From Pavona decussata (lineage: Eukaryota), in NCBI GenBank assembly GCA_977016875.1, contig CDRNST010000072.1, positions 2,418,001 to 2,482,000 on the forward strand: DNA of 64,000 nucleotides. The letters run 5' to 3'. Made by a program: the position numbers and the translations under genes. Under the pieces are notes generated by a model. That model saw only the letters and a program-made list of their open reading frames with translations, ran no database searches and had not been told where the DNA came from. This document shows positions 39,201-49,446 of this stretch, in pieces (positions within the stretch are counted from its first letter, which is position 1; each line of letters opens with the position of its first letter).

Positions 39201-42200
39201 CAAATGAAAGAAATGCTTCTTGATATATTTCTACCAGAAGGTAACCTTGTTTTGTAAGTTACCCATGAAAAGTATTCCTCTTGGCCAATTATTTGTACAT
39301 GGTGTATTTTTAGATGTGAAGTATCCAAAGGTTGCCAGCTGGGACACCTTTTTCCAAGGCTGTGTATCCAGAGTGCTGTTGACATTAGTGGGATCACCAC
39401 CAAGCTCAGGTCCTGTCAGTAAACATGATCCAAACACTTCAGTGGATACTGTACCAGTCTCTGATAAACCAACTGCTAAAGCTCAACTGCCAACTTCAGT
39501 CACTAATGGTAATTACAACCTGTCTGTTGGATATTTAAACTAGGGCATTAATTTCATTTCAGGGCCAGGTTTTGATACTCCAAGCTTGACACGTACTTAA
39601 ATGTGTTCTTAGTGTCTATCTACCAAGGGCATCAGGGTATCTGAAAATGATGCACCGTGGTATTCAAAAATAAATAATAAATAAAAATAAAATCACTTAT
39701 AGTGCTCTGTGTCCACTAATTGCTCAAAGTGCTGTACAGCAATGGTTAAACTATAAAATACAAACTAATAGCTATTATAATGAAATTAACTAAGCTACAA
39801 ATAAGTAGACATCATAAGCCAATTTAAATAAGTATGTCTTGAACTGGTCAACAGGGGTAACACTCCTGAGTTCGAGAGGCAATTGATTCCATAGCCTAGG
39901 AGCAACTACAGAAAAAGCTCTTCCTTTGGTTTGTTTCCTTGAAGGGGCGACCGGCACCATTTGCAATGTCTTTCATGGTTGGTTGAGAGGACAAAAGAAC
40001 AAACAACAGAACAATGCTTTGAGCCCTAAAAAACAATGCAGGTGCAGAGTGAAAATAGAGCTTTTGAAAGGTGCAGGTCTACTGTCCTTGAATGAATAAA
40101 TGAAATTTACTCAACATCGGCTCTCTCCGCCATCATGTAGATATTGATGGCTCAATGTTGGCAACTAGGAAACTGATAGGGTCAGAGGATACATTCAGAA
40201 TAAGTGTGTGGATGTGTTGCTGCAGCCTGTTATGTCACTTCTTTGGGATAACAGTCTTGGAATTATCACACATTTTTTTGCACCAACACTGCTGTTTGTG
40301 ATTTCCCAACAGGAGATCCTGCTGATAAAAACTGGGAAGTCATCCCTGACTTTCTTACTTTGACACCTTGCAAATCAAGTATGTACTAGACAACTCTGTA
40401 ATCACAAAGATATAAATTAACAATGATATTGCGTCTTATATGGCTATATATGAAATATACAGCTGAGGATTCACTTGTTATCTTGCATGAGATTGCAATT
40501 TCAGTTAACCAACTGCCTCAATTAAGTGCAAGGTGGCTGCCTGGGACATTCAGGGGTTTCCGCTGTGGCCAGGCAGTCTTAGGTAGCATACCATACACAT
40601 GGATGGCAAATCCCCACAACCCAGCCATGAGCCCCCATTCCACCGTAGGCACCCATCACACTGATTAAATCAGTGGAAGGAAAGAAAGGGGGAAGGGATG
40701 GGAGGGGGAAAAGGTTTGCTGGTAAAACACTGAAGAATACCACTACACAGACTGCTAAATCACACTTACAAACACCCAAGGATAGAGCACCATGCTACGA
40801 TGTATCAGTGACGTGCTATTGAGCCTGCAGTCGTTAACTAGACTGCTTACTGCTCTGGTTAAAGAGACTGCTGACAGCTGCTAAGCTTGTAGTTGTTAAC
40901 TTGGTTAAGTATTCATTTAACTGCATGCGTTGCCCAGCTTTATGAGGTAGAATGTCATCAGTATTTGTAAGACTGTTTCATAGCAGAAAAATGTTATCCT
41001 TGATTACAACAGTAATGAAAAGCATGAGTTACAGCGTATGTTCACTCTTAAATTAAAAATTGGTCACAGTTTTTCATTTTCTTCAACAGGCCTTTTGTTG
41101 CCTATAGATTGTTTGGAAAATAAAACTTTTCACTTCTAATCAGCAATTAATTCATATTTCTTATTCCACACTCTGTATTGCAGAGAATGATAGAATTGGC
41201 AAAGGTTCTGATCACCTGAGAATTGTCAACTTTTCACAGCATTCAGTGGAGTGAGTTTGATGAAGTATTTGGTTACTTATAGTATGAACAGCTAGCTGTC
41301 TTCTTGAAGTTGAACTGCACTTTGATTTCTGAAATTGATGTATAACATTATCATTCAAGTAAGAACCTTGTAGGAATATGTGGGACTCTTTGGGTTGCTC
41401 TTTCCAGCAGCTGATATTTTATGTCATTGGTCTTCGTCAGTGATTGTTCTGTAGTTTAACTGTGTCATCGGCCGGGCCACACTGTTAGTAGAGTGCTGTA
41501 TGTCAAGTCTTGATTTATGTTGCATATAATACAGTCAATAGAATTACAACCATAAAGAATAATACTTGATATTTACCCACACTGTTTTGTATAATGTTGA
41601 AAATTGGCATCCTGAAGGAAAATAAATTTGCAGATTTTTTAATTTCAGCGTCAAAATATGTGTGATTGTACAACTTAGTTTTGAGAGACATTGTCAGCGT
41701 TGTTCTGGATACAGCTGCATCGTTGATTACAGTTCTAGTTGGTTACAGTTATTGTGAATGATGTATTTTGCAGATTTGAATTCACTTGGCCAGCACATTC
41801 TATTGTTATCACTCCTGAAAGAGGGGAAATTCCACCAAGGTAATTTGGGTGGTGTGTACATAAACTGACTAAATATGAATCATGATGTCAAGATAAAGAT
41901 AAAGATAAAGATTTTATTGAAAACAATACATGGCAGTCAAGGGCTGAATTGCGTACCGTTAAAATGTAAGTAATAAAAATTACCTAAATATGTAATAATG
42001 CCATATTAAAGTGCTATTAAGTTCGATTCAGTTCGAAAAGCTATTTACAAGATCTAAAATTAATTCATACAGTATTTATATTAAAACATGATTCAATAAT
42101 AAAACTATTTCTTGCACGTTTCGTGTTTATTTTTGGAATGTCAATAATAAATATTTAAGTTATTAATATAATAGCGGCAATGAATATTAAGGAGTGCTGT

Positions 42201-45200
42201 AGTCTTTTTTTCTCCAATATCTCAAACTATTCTGTTGCCCAAAGGTAACAGCGACAGCCTACATGTATCTGATAACAGGGTGTCTTGTGTGCACGAGGAG
42301 TATTTCAAACATATTCTTAAAACCTTCTAACTAACCTCATTTGTTGTATCTTCTCAGGAGTCAGGCCAGGGTGCTGGTTAGTGCCAAGGCTCATCCCTCT
42401 AATGCTTTCACACATCTTCCTTGGGCAGGCACCATTTACTTAAAATGTGATGGCACGCAGCAGGTCTGTTTTTTATGAGTGGAAAGTTGCAAACCATTCC
42501 ATTTTTGATGTAGCGCATTTAAAACAACATACTTTTAGAGTTCTTTAATTTTTGATGTTTTGTTTGGGATGAATAATTTTCACAAATTTGCACAAAATTG
42601 GGAAAAACTTTCAACTGCATTAATTTATTTTATGAGCTGGAAACTCTGAGATATGCTTTACAAGGTTGGTTGCTATTAAAAATAAATTAATTACTAAAAG
42701 TAGATTAAAGGAGACATGGGCACACTAAGGTTATTTTTTTAGCTGTCTTGGATCTGGGAAATTTAGGATGTCCATACGTGTCTGTTGGTTAAAGTCAAAA
42801 ACCAAACCATGGTATCGACAAACCGTTAAGATATGCAGTAACCTAGATTGAAAGTTTTAGACCACTATTGCAGCATATGACTTTGTATTCTCATCTGGTA
42901 GTCTTTGGCTGACTTACTCCTCCCCCACATACTACTCATCAGTACTCACTTTTCTTGGGAGACTAATTGTTTCTTGGTTTCTTATTTAGTCAATCCGAGT
43001 ACAAATCAGAGAGGAACAGGTTTTGGAGAGTTCTCCAGTACAAGCTGGTGCGATAAATTTTCAGTCCTTACCCACTGCAGCATCAGGAGGAACACCACTT
43101 CCATCAAATCACTTACCACCCCTTAGAATCAAAAATAAAGATATCATTTTTGAGGATACACTGATTGGAACAGTGACCAGTGAGTTGTAGATTTTTTTGT
43201 CTTATTAATCTCCAAGCATAAAACAACATCCATGTGGAGACAGATTGGTCAAGTGGGTAGGGTGCTAGAACTCAATTGGGAAGGTTGCAGCCTTAAGTCT
43301 TGCTCTGACCACTTCCTCGAGACCTGAGTTCAATCCCTAGCCCACACTTGCAAAAGAGCCAACTTCTCCACATCCTTTTGGTGAGGATTCTTGATTTGTT
43401 ATGATCCATTTGTAACATTTTTATTATAATCCCAGGAATGCTAACGAGAGGGAGAGAGTTATTGAATAATGATGGTGATGAAGATGATCATATTTTTGTT
43501 ATTTTTGTGTGTTGGTTTTCCTTTATACCTGACAGAATGACATGGTGTCCAAATTAACCAGCCATTGCTAAAATAAATTGAGACCACAAATGTTTGTTCA
43601 GGCAATATGGTGGTCATAAAATGGGCTGGACGTACAGGGCCGTTCCAGTGCTGTACCTTCAATGGGTGTTAAATTTAGCACTATCATATTTAGAAAATTA
43701 ACAATGGTTATGACCATTTGGCCAATTTTTGCAGCAAGTGTGTGATGTTTCTTTTGTTTTAATTACCTTTCAGCATCAGAGATTTCACTCACAAACACAG
43801 CACCTTCTGAAATGACTTGGAACTTGTCTTCTGTAGCACCAGCTTATGTTAAGGTTAGCCAAGGATTTGTAGGATTGCAGATTTTATTTGCACTAGATTT
43901 GTAGCTGGTGATCGGGAAGCCAGTCAGCCATAAATCATAAATTATCTATTTAGTCAACTGAAATACAATTAGCAAACAAGTTGTTATTTGCATCAGTTTG
44001 CTGTGACTGCATTCAAAACAGTTGAACTACGTACAATTTGTGTTCATTAATCCTTGAAATCCCTTACAACAAGAGTGATGCACTGTTGTTACAAATCTCA
44101 ATGTTATTTGAAAATCTTGTCACCTGACCTGACTTTCCCGCCTCGTGAACTTGAAGCAATACTAAATAACTTACAACAATGTGCAAATTCACGAAATTTT
44201 TCATTGCACAAATTGAAGTGCAAATCACTGTGTACGCAATTACACATACTCCAAGATATCTGTGAGAAGAGTTCCTTAAGGTCTAGCCATGGCACTAAGA
44301 GGAGTGAAAATTCCTTATTCTCGGCCTACCCCTACTACATCCACCAGTGGTATTATTGGAACTCCCACCCCTCTGGAAATTTCAGTTTAACCCTCTGCTG
44401 TTCTCAAAAAACCTTTGCTTTTGAGAAATCCCTGTCCCTTGGAATTTCCAACAACTTTCTCACAGGAGGACAATGCATAATTATTCTCTCAGATGGCTAT
44501 AAACTGCATTTTGGAAATGGGTTTTTTTTTTACCACAAACCAGAACTGCATGCTCTGTTATCACCGGAAGTCATTAATGTCTCAATATCAAGGCCATGGA
44601 TTTGATTCCCGCCATGCAAGGTCAAGTATCTTGCAAGTAAACTTCTCTGTTACAAATAGACTTATGAAGCATTCTTTCGTTATAGATTGATGATACAGGA
44701 AACATTTGCAGGACAACGTATAATGCCTTTAGTGTTCTGCAAAATTCAGGTTCAATTCAACCACGAGCAACAGAACAGGTAATCAATGTTTTTTTGTAAT
44801 CTAAACAAAAAAAAATATGATTTTTTCCTTGGTCTAATAAAAATAATGTTGCATGCTATAAACTGTAGAGTTATATAATATTATTATTGTGAGCAAAAGA
44901 TCAATCCTTCTACAGTGGGTTTCAGCAACCAATGCAGTTGCAAAGAAGGATTTGAACCAATGTCCTTGTAATAACACTGCAGTGCTCTACCAACTGGCAT
45001 ACTAATTAAAGCCAACTGGAAGCTGGGCATTTTGCTATGAATTGGTAACAAATCAAAACAAACAATGTAACAATTTAATTAGTGATGCTAGTAACATCAG
45101 TACATGATTGTTCACTCATGGAATTTTTCATGTTCAATTTACCTAACTGTCCCGAAGTAGAATCTCTATAATTGCATATGGCATGGCATATGTCATGATA

Positions 45201-48200
45201 TTCAACTCATTAGTACAGTTTCTGTAAATTGTATATTGTATAGAGGGTACTTTGTGTTTCCCTTAAACGTCATGATTTGAAATAAGCCACACCCACTCTC
45301 TATCCGCCTCTCTAATAAACCCATCCATGTTTTGTTCATTTTTGCAGTATAATATTCTTATCAGTTTAGAAAGTCACTTAAAAGAAAGTTTCCGTTGATA
45401 AATCTTTTTTTTTCCAGATCTCAGTCAAGTTTCAGCCTCGAGATGTTGGTGAATATGAACAATCTTGGGATCTCAAGGTAATTAGTTAATCATGTCGCCA
45501 TATTTGGAATAAATGTGATGGTTTATTCTCATTTGTTTTTATATTTGTTAGGCATTTCTAAATTTACAAGTAAATCTGCATTTTATTCCTTCCAGACCTC
45601 ATCCAGTGCCAGTAGATCAAAACAGAAAATTTTTCTTCATGGTCAGGTACAGGGAGATTATTTACCTCTAAACACTAATAAAACATTAATTTTAGTGAAA
45701 CTATGAAAGTATATATGACATTTTTTTTATTTGCTTGATCAAATCTTTAAGTTGTTCTTGTATGAAAATCTAAAAAAAAAAAAAAATTCTTTACCTATTT
45801 TTCTTCCCCGTGTTTGAGGCATATAAAAGTGCCAAATTTCACTTCCTGTTGGGTACAATATCTTGCAAGACTGGAGACTGGGGATACTAGGGCTACAGAA
45901 ATGCTAAGTCTTACAGTTTGTCTATTCCTCAGTTGTTTCATTCTAAGTGTTCAGCTCTTTCAACAATTATCTGGTGGGACAGGGAAACATTAAATGATGG
46001 CCCACAATGTAAACTACTGGGTCTACCAGTAACTATGCAAGCCAATAAATTTTATTTATTTATGCCTGTCACTTCATGCTTGAAAAACCTAAGCCAAGTT
46101 AAACATTAGGTAATGAGTCACAAGACGCTGCTCCTCATCTGTCAACTCATTTTGACAACTCTGAAGAAAGCTTTCCCAAGCTTGCACTCTTCAAGTTTTG
46201 ATTTGGCTATTCCAGAGTCTGCTCATTATCTTTTGTTGCAATACCTATGTAATTGACTGTTGTATTCTTCTTAGGCTGTAGACACAAGTGATGATTTTGA
46301 AGGACAACCCAAAGATGCAAACATTGTCCCAAAATCAAAGAAAGTAACCATCAAGGAACCTTTAAGGTGAGTGCATGAGCAGTGCCGGTTAATATAAAGA
46401 GCAGCTCTCACCATCGGACTGTTGACCAACTGTTACTGTTAGCTAACAATTAGTCAACACCTTCAATCGAGCTGGAAAACATTCTCTTCTCTCTCATATT
46501 TTGGGAAGTCTGTTGACCTTTATTTTACCAGGTCTGAATCAGTTGATAATCGAGTTACAATGGGTTCATTTTATTTCACACTATTTACACAACATTAACA
46601 TAAAAAGTAAAGTATTACAACAGATAATTACAAGATAAAATTAAATACAGTACAAATTATAAAATGTGTGTGGTGGTCAAAGTAGCAAAGGCTTTCTAGT
46701 TGACCACCACGGGACTAAAATGTTGCTCATTAAATTGGCAAGCATAGTTTTATCACTTGAATTATATATCTGTTGATAGTTACTTTAATCCTGGCTTTAT
46801 TGCTGAAGAATTCATGCTTTATGGTTAGTAAAAAAAATCGTTTATAATCACTAAAGAAAAAAACAAAAATAAATATTATTTTTGTTTTGTTCTGTGGTAC
46901 AAACTACAAACATTGCATACTTTATTTTTTTGTAGATCCCCCAAGGGTGGCAAGCAAGCACTGTATGTTACAGAAAAAGTCCTTCAGTTTCCTGTTACAA
47001 TGGTAGGGGAAAGGAGTGAAGCTAAAGTCAAGGTTTGCAATGGATCAGCAGACACCCAGTATTTGGTAAGAATGTGATTATTACACATTGAAACAGTGTT
47101 CATGGGTTCATAATAATGACTGTGTGAAGCACCTTCACAGCATCCAATGTCCTCTCCTTCATTTAATACCTGGCACACGTTTTGACTGAAATTGTTGGCC
47201 AGGAATCTCTACCGACTCACTGCTGCTTTGTATAATTATTATGATTTTCTAAGTTACTATTTATTGCTTGAAAGTGTTCTGCACCTTCCACTGGTGGCTA
47301 ATATATACTGTTTTATTAAATAACTTGATCAGTGGTCTAGCTGATCTACTCTACTCAACTCTGCTCTATTCCATTTGATTTGACTCAACTTTACCTTGCC
47401 CTGCTTACCTAGTACCTACTCTGCTACTTTTCTCTACTTTGCTCTGCCTACTCTACCCCACCCTATGCCACTCCACTCTACTCTTCCCTTATCTACTCAA
47501 CTCAAGTTAGGTTTTACCCTTTGCTAGTCTACTTGAAAATGCTCTGTTCTTTTTTGCTGTCCTACCCATCCCTTCTGTTGACTCAACTCAACCCAACTCT
47601 GCTCTGCACAACTCTACTCTACCCTACTCCAATTTATCCTACCCTTCTGTATGCTGTGCTACCCTACTAGAATTGTACAGCACCCCGTGCTTTTCTTCTC
47701 TACTTTGCCCTGCCCAGCCCTACCCTGTTTACCCTACCCTTGACTGCTCTGGCTAGCCCTACAAAACTATGTTCTGTTCTACTCTACTCTTCTCTAGTAA
47801 ACCACATAAAACATTAAAATTATTTCAATCGACTACAATGATTAATATAAATTAATTAATTAATTAATTAATTAATAAACAAAAGAGATAACCACAGGAA
47901 AAAGGTTTGGACAACCTGCTTTTGGCATGTTCCTCATGCCTCTTCCTTTAGCTTCTTGACATCTCCCACCATTTTATGCTCTTGCAATAATGTTGTTTCT
48001 TTTTATTATTACTATTTTATTTGTAGTTAAAAATTCTGAAGTATTTTCCTATTTGAAACTTTTCTCATAGATCTGTTTCTTTTGGTTAAAGTTTATTGTT
48101 TTTCTTTTCTCAACACAGGCACGAGTTGCTTCTCCTAAGAGGCCCTTCTCTGTTAGTAATACAAAATTTACAGTCAGGTAAAGTTATCCCATAACCTTTC

Positions 48201-48594
48201 AAATATAAGTTTTCCTTTAATTTGCTTACTCTATCTTTTACGCAGTGATTCTTGGACCTTAAAGATATTGGTGCTAATTCTTTGTTTTGTAAAATGCAGA
48301 TCATTACTGTTGTATTTTGTTTGTTGCGTGCAGCAGTTGGAATGAATTACTCAGCAGAACATCAATAGGTCAATTTGACGACGAACGTTTGTCTCCAGTA
48401 ATTATTTTGTGTTTGTTATTTTTCAGCACCTGCTAATACTCTTGTTTTCATCCTGCAGGGCTGGACGATTTGTTAGATTACCAGTGCTGTTCTCACCCAC
48501 TGAGCCTGGCAAATCATTTGAGGCGACATTAGTAATCACTGCTGATCCAGATTCTATTCTATCTGTAAAACTTCAAGGTTCAAGTGCAGATTGA
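31..48594 (+). CDS. CEP192: Centrosomal protein of 192 kDa (CEP192/SPD-2 orthologue), 50 coding exons, ~2,677 aa
   Basis: Manual GT-AG exon chain with consistent phases (8034 nt including stop): 31-266, 1840-1919, 3894-4133, 4658-4756, 6787-6850 (or 6019-6160), 7387-7607, 9319-9435, 9641-9930, 11343-11489, 12147-12257, 12960-13157, 14796-14877, 15491-15619, 16689-16850, 17206-17273, 17780-17986, 18798-21188, 21923-21997, 22095-22241, 22312-22437, 23473-23616, 24244-24307, 24384-24455, 25514-25587, 26424-26579, 27343-27398, 28150-28230, 28776-28838, 33004-33088, 33972-34037, 34734-34832, 35247-35336, 35462-35549, 35922-36004, 36647-36768, 37021-37130, 39314-39508, 40313-40378, 41184-41250, 41774-41839, 42358-42463, 42990-43179, 43774-43853, 44686-44778, 45418-45477, 45596-45646, 46275-46366, 46936-47065, 48119-48177, 48459-48594. 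The C-terminal half has tandem ASH/PapD-like domains with CEP192-like motifs: CCVGVLTETVIPLHN..RW, IPVKNAGNI, IPLYGCGGTSQL, VRNSGTRAAFVKA, GDEFLRRQY, FEFTWPAH, WNLSSVAPAYVK. Start ATG 31 (gccATGg) is inferred. N-terminal exons are less certain than C-terminal ones. Confidence 0.92.
1179..1250. mobile_element. Miniature Tc1/pogo-type MITE (~70-bp hairpin)
   Basis: AGTTGAACCTCGATTATCCGGACT ... AGTCCGGATAATCGAGGTTCGACTG|TA; near-perfect inverted repeat ending CTG-TA. Confidence 0.65.
1437..1757. mobile_element. Degenerate palindromic (foldback/MITE) element
   Basis: tttcaggatctaaa..cagaatctttttcaag..tatgtcatgtga is mirrored by tcacatgacata..cttgaaaaagattctg..tttagatcctgaaa. Confidence 0.6.
2025..2420. 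repeat. Degenerate ~60-65-bp tandem repeat (about 5 copies), SINE-derived
   Basis: Recurring GGATG.GATGCTAGTCCATCACAGG and GAAGTGACTAAG units, followed by tacccatttata...gaggcaatgtg...ttcttgcctaaggaaac; a similar segment recurs near 14500-14650. Confidence 0.55.
2770..3245. mobile_element. Non-autonomous DNA transposon with CCGGGG..TACTCCC / GGGAGTACCCC..CCGGG ends
   Basis: Terminal inverted repeats; flanks gaaataca / aaaataca suggest an 8-bp TSD with one mismatch; internal repeats of TTTGGTCATAAATAGGGTA. Confidence 0.7.
4769..5285. mobile_element. Palindromic MITE with ~230-bp arms, TA flanks
   Basis: ta|GGCCTTATCATGGTTTTTGACGCCATTTTGACGAG ... CTCGTCAAAATGGCGTCGAAAACCGTGATAAGGCC|ta. Explains the mirror-image ORFs 4886-5161(-) and 4951-5145(+). 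Confidence 0.9.
6882..7263. mobile_element. Kolobok-type MITE (TTAA TSD)
   Basis: ttaa|GGGGGCCCTGTCAC ... GTGACACTGCCCCT|ttaa; purine-purine start with TTAA duplication. Confidence 0.7.
7855..9137 (-). mobile_element. Non-autonomous Helentron-derived element (HINE / DINE-1-like)
   Basis: On the - strand: T-run, subTIR AACTCGTGAATGC (9132-9120) folding with a nearby inverted repeat (9099-9132), (GTCG)n microsatellite at 9052-9074, three ~170-bp internal repeats, second subTIR (7884-7872), then a GGCTC-acag-GAGCC stem-loop (7871-7858) and TTT. Confidence 0.8.
10390..10634 (-). mobile_element. tRNA-derived SINE
   Basis: Reverse complement begins GAGGCAGTGTGGCCTGGTGGTTAGGGGTGCTGG...GCTTCAAGTCCTGC (A- and B-box-like) and ends in a simple-repeat tail. 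A related + copy lies at ~43237-43400. Confidence 0.65.
10652..11208. repeat. Interspersed GC-rich repeat, 3 copies in window (also ~38310-38660 and ~40495-40845)
   Basis: Shared ordered motifs GGAGGTTGGGTGCC, ACCCAGCCACGAGCCCC, GCACCC(G/A)TCACACTGA and AGTCGTTAACTA. Confidence 0.65.
14965..15446. mobile_element. piggyBac-type MITE
   Basis: ttaa|CCCTTTAACCCCCGA ... TCGGGGCTTAAAGGG|ttaa: CCC/GGG ends, TTAA TSD, 15-bp TIR with one mismatch. Confidence 0.8.
15799..16188. mobile_element. Kolobok-type MITE (TTAA TSD)
   Basis: ttaa|GGGGGGGCTACACCCAAA ... TTTAGGTGTAATCCCCCC|ttaa. Confidence 0.7.
17206..17986 (+). CDS. CEP192: CEP192 exons 17206-17273 and 17780-17986 encoding conserved short N-terminal motifs (candidate Aurora-A-binding region)
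   Basis: Translate to NPLAVIDADEEIFNKEHQL and EVRISFGAFLAAGSEELGSL..RPRPHFG, resembling human CEP192 ALDLIAQDEEEFNKEHQF and SLGEFF..RSEALG..KRPSFG as I recall them. Splice sites are canonical. Confidence 0.8.
18331..18500. mobile_element. Penelope-like-element-derived palindromic fragment with decayed hammerhead motif
   Basis: Inverted arms tggttttctcaacagagttgat..ttggccac / gtggccaa..atcaacactgttgataaaacca surround CTGACGTAGGGCTAACCCTCCACCGTCGG, a degenerate CTGANGA..GAAAC core. Confidence 0.45.
18798..21188 (+). CDS. CEP192: CEP192 giant exon (2391 nt): S/T/P/Q/G-rich low-complexity region ending in the start of the first ASH domain
   Basis: Matches the 793-aa ORF 18825-21206. Acceptor ttttcgttag at 18797, donor CAG|GTAAGA at 21188. 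The 3' end encodes IIPGEIKFPQFCCVGVLTETVIPLHNSSSRW. Confidence 0.92.
21303..21730. mobile_element. CAG-ended MITE with 5-bp TSD (hAT5-like)
   Basis: ctaac|CAGTTTTTCAGCCAGA ... TCTGGCAGAAACACTG|ctaac; exact 5-bp duplication. Confidence 0.75.
22575..23290. repeat. Degenerate ~70-bp minisatellite (about 10 copies)
   Basis: Recurring TGAAATGTAGCTGGCACACCACAGAGTCCAAAAGG..ATTA..CAT..ACAACTAACATTTATT. Produces the repetitive minus-strand ORFs with PFGLCGVP. Confidence 0.8.
24633..24770 (+). mobile_element. tRNA-like SINE-family fragment (related copies ~25757-25865, ~28452-28565, ~6290-6352 reverse, and 48832-49027)
   Basis: CTGTAGCTCAGTGGTAGAG..AGGTC..GGTT.GACTCCTG..AGGAGCACTCGGATTT..TTTTCCCGA..ATGCCTGTGTCAC; divergent copies without an intact cloverleaf. 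Confidence 0.6.
27605..27841 (+). mobile_element. SINE with poly(A) tail
   Basis: ccaatgtggcccagg..gtgggttgagt.tgttgttg..gaggtttttctccgggta..ttcccctctcctcaaaaac body ending in an A-run at 27824-27841. Confidence 0.55.
28858..29166. repeat. Local tandem duplication, ~163-bp unit x2
   Basis: taactca.ctgttcattg.ttacctc...caaattgc..tgattgct.aatt..aatttg.tctt.aaacagtgagtatg..gg..a.ttcagatttg occurs at ~28858 and ~29022. Confidence 0.75.
29288..32714. mobile_element. Sola3-like DNA transposon, internally deleted, with very long terminal inverted repeats
   Basis: ttaa|GAGCAATTCTCCAAGAAAGTGAAGCAAAGTTGGAAATGAAAA ... TTTTCATTTCCAACTTTGCTTCACTTTCCTGGAGAATTGCTC|ttaa. GAG/CTC ends, TTAA TSD and long TIRs are Sola3 hallmarks. 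Inverted similarity is traceable to ~30460/~31550. The mirror ORFs 29583-29861(+) and 32146-32364(-) come from the TIRs. Confidence 0.85.
31079..31259 (+). pseudogene. Probable 5' remnant exon of the Sola3-like transposase
   Basis: MESWSLSNPKRDVSVCECNGNNIKLSQCQRDISRHVQAYGLSINRRDEISDEMDLILCRAG followed by donor GTAAAT, inside the unique middle of the element. No downstream catalytic exons remain. Confidence 0.45.
35247..37130 (+). CDS. CEP192: CEP192 SPD-2 domain exons (35247-35336, 35462-35549, 35922-36004, 36647-36768, 37021-37130)
   Basis: Encode IPLYGCGGTSQLVL, KIVVRNSGTRAAFVKAV, FYTGDEFLRRQY and IDFTTAFQDE, which are SPD-2/CEP192 domain signatures. Confidence 0.9.
36238..36524. mobile_element. 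PIF/Harbinger-type MITE
   Basis: GGGCGATTTAGATGGTACAACTTTT ... AAAAGTTGTACCGTGTAAATCGCCC with TTA/TAA-like flanks. Confidence 0.7.
37137..37636. mobile_element. CAG-ended MITE with apparent 6-bp TSD (hAT6-like) at intron position +7
   Basis: gtatta|CAGAGATCTCCGTAA ... TTGGGAGAACCCTG|gcatta; CpG-rich interior with subterminal GCCGGCTA repeats. Confidence 0.6.
38675..39124. mobile_element. MITE with ~60-bp TIRs and TA TSD
   Basis: ta|CACTCGATTGCAAAAAC..ATAAACTGTGAACGATGAGACCCAA ... TTGGGTCTCATCGTTCACGGTTTAT..GTTTTTGCAATCGAGTG|ta. Confidence 0.8.
39665..39922 (-). mobile_element. 3' end of a CR1/L2-group LINE
   Basis: Minus strand encodes RAFSVVAPRLWNQLPLELRSVTPVDQFKTYLFKL, a typical ORF2 C-terminus, followed by a 3' UTR and (TTA/TTTA)n-like tail. 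Confidence 0.7.
41891..42140 (-). mobile_element. 3' end of a non-LTR retrotransposon
   Basis: Minus strand IPKINTKRARNSFII.. then stop, 3' UTR, AATAAA and a (TCTTTA)n tail. Confidence 0.5.
47340..47800. repeat. Degenerate pentamer microsatellite (CTACT/CTCTA/CCCTA)n
   Basis: Strongly pyrimidine-biased 5-nt periodic low-complexity tract. Confidence 0.75.
48459..48594 (+). CDS. CEP192: CEP192 last coding exon
   Basis: Acceptor tcctgcag at 48458; encodes RAGRFVRLPVLFSPTEPGKSFEATLVITAD..LSVKLQG and stops at TGA 48592-48594, like the C-terminal ASH domain of CEP192. Confidence 0.88.
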
Positions 48595-48831
48595 GGAACT
48601 GTTTTCAAGTCCACAAATTACAAGAAAATTATATGTTAACTTATTTATGTTTACAGTGTAAACAGAGTTAGATATAAATGAGTGTGAGGCTTATTTTGTT
48701 TGGGCCACCAGGCTGGCAAGGCTTGTAAAAAGTTCTACAAGTTTCTTTGTGATAAAGAATGTATTTATTTAGTAATTTGGCCAAGCATTAGAATAGTAAG
48801 TCTACAAGCTACTTGTAAATTATAGGGTTTT

Positions 48832-49027
48832 ATCAGTTGGTGACACAGGCATACTCAGAAGAAGGAAAATCTGAGACTCCCAACAGGCGTCAAACCTATG
48901 ACCTTTTGATTACTTGCTCAGGGGTAGAGCATCCGAACCAGAAATAGGAAAGTCATACATGTAGGTTTGATTCCTGTTGGGAGAACCAGGATTTTCTTTT
49001 CTGAAATATGCCTGTGCCATGGGCTGA
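48832..49027. repeat. Inverted pair of SINE-like fragments in the inferred CEP192 3' UTR
   Basis: cacaggcata.tcagaa..gaaaatctg..ctcccaacagg..tcaaaccta is mirrored by taggtttga..cctgttgggag..caggattttc..ttctga.atatgcctgtg. Confidence 0.65.
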
Positions 49028-49430
49028 AATAAAACCTCAATCATTTATTCACCAGGCATTCAACATGACATCACATTTTTTTATGCTAGTAAATTATCCA
49101 AGAGAAACATCACAGTGTATGCGGTAATATATTATTATTGATTTGTTTAAACCAACCTGGGATTCATGTCACACTCCATGAAGTTGGGTCAAATTAATAT
49201 AATAATTTATTTATATTTTTCCTTGTACAGAATATTTACTTATAGTTAAGTGTTATGAAAGAAAATTAACCTCCGTAGAGTGAGAAAGGTTATTATTGTT
49301 AACATGCAATTTAAAATTAGCTTTCTTTGAAAAAGGGAAGATTTTTAGCAAGATGTTATGAATTTCTCAAGTCCCCAAAAGATCATAGAGATGTATAAAG
49401 CCCGCATATTAAATGACGACACAAGATGAA

Positions 49431-49446
49431 AATAAAATTGTTTATT
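49431..49446. terminator. Adjacent convergent polyadenylation signals (AATAAA on + at 49431-49436; AATAAA on - at 49441-49446)
   Basis: Sequence aataaaattgtttatt lies between the two convergent stop codons; the + signal is followed by a GT-rich tract (ttgtgtgtgtt). Usage is inferred. Confidence 0.5.

Noticed and set aside
44054-44605. 183-aa ORF
   Set aside because: Lies in a CEP192 intron, starts at TTG, has no recognisable motif, and overlaps repeat-like sequence.
31-48594. U12-type or non-canonical introns in CEP192
   Set aside because: All junctions in my model are GT-AG and none has the GTATCCTT/ATATCCTT U12 donor.
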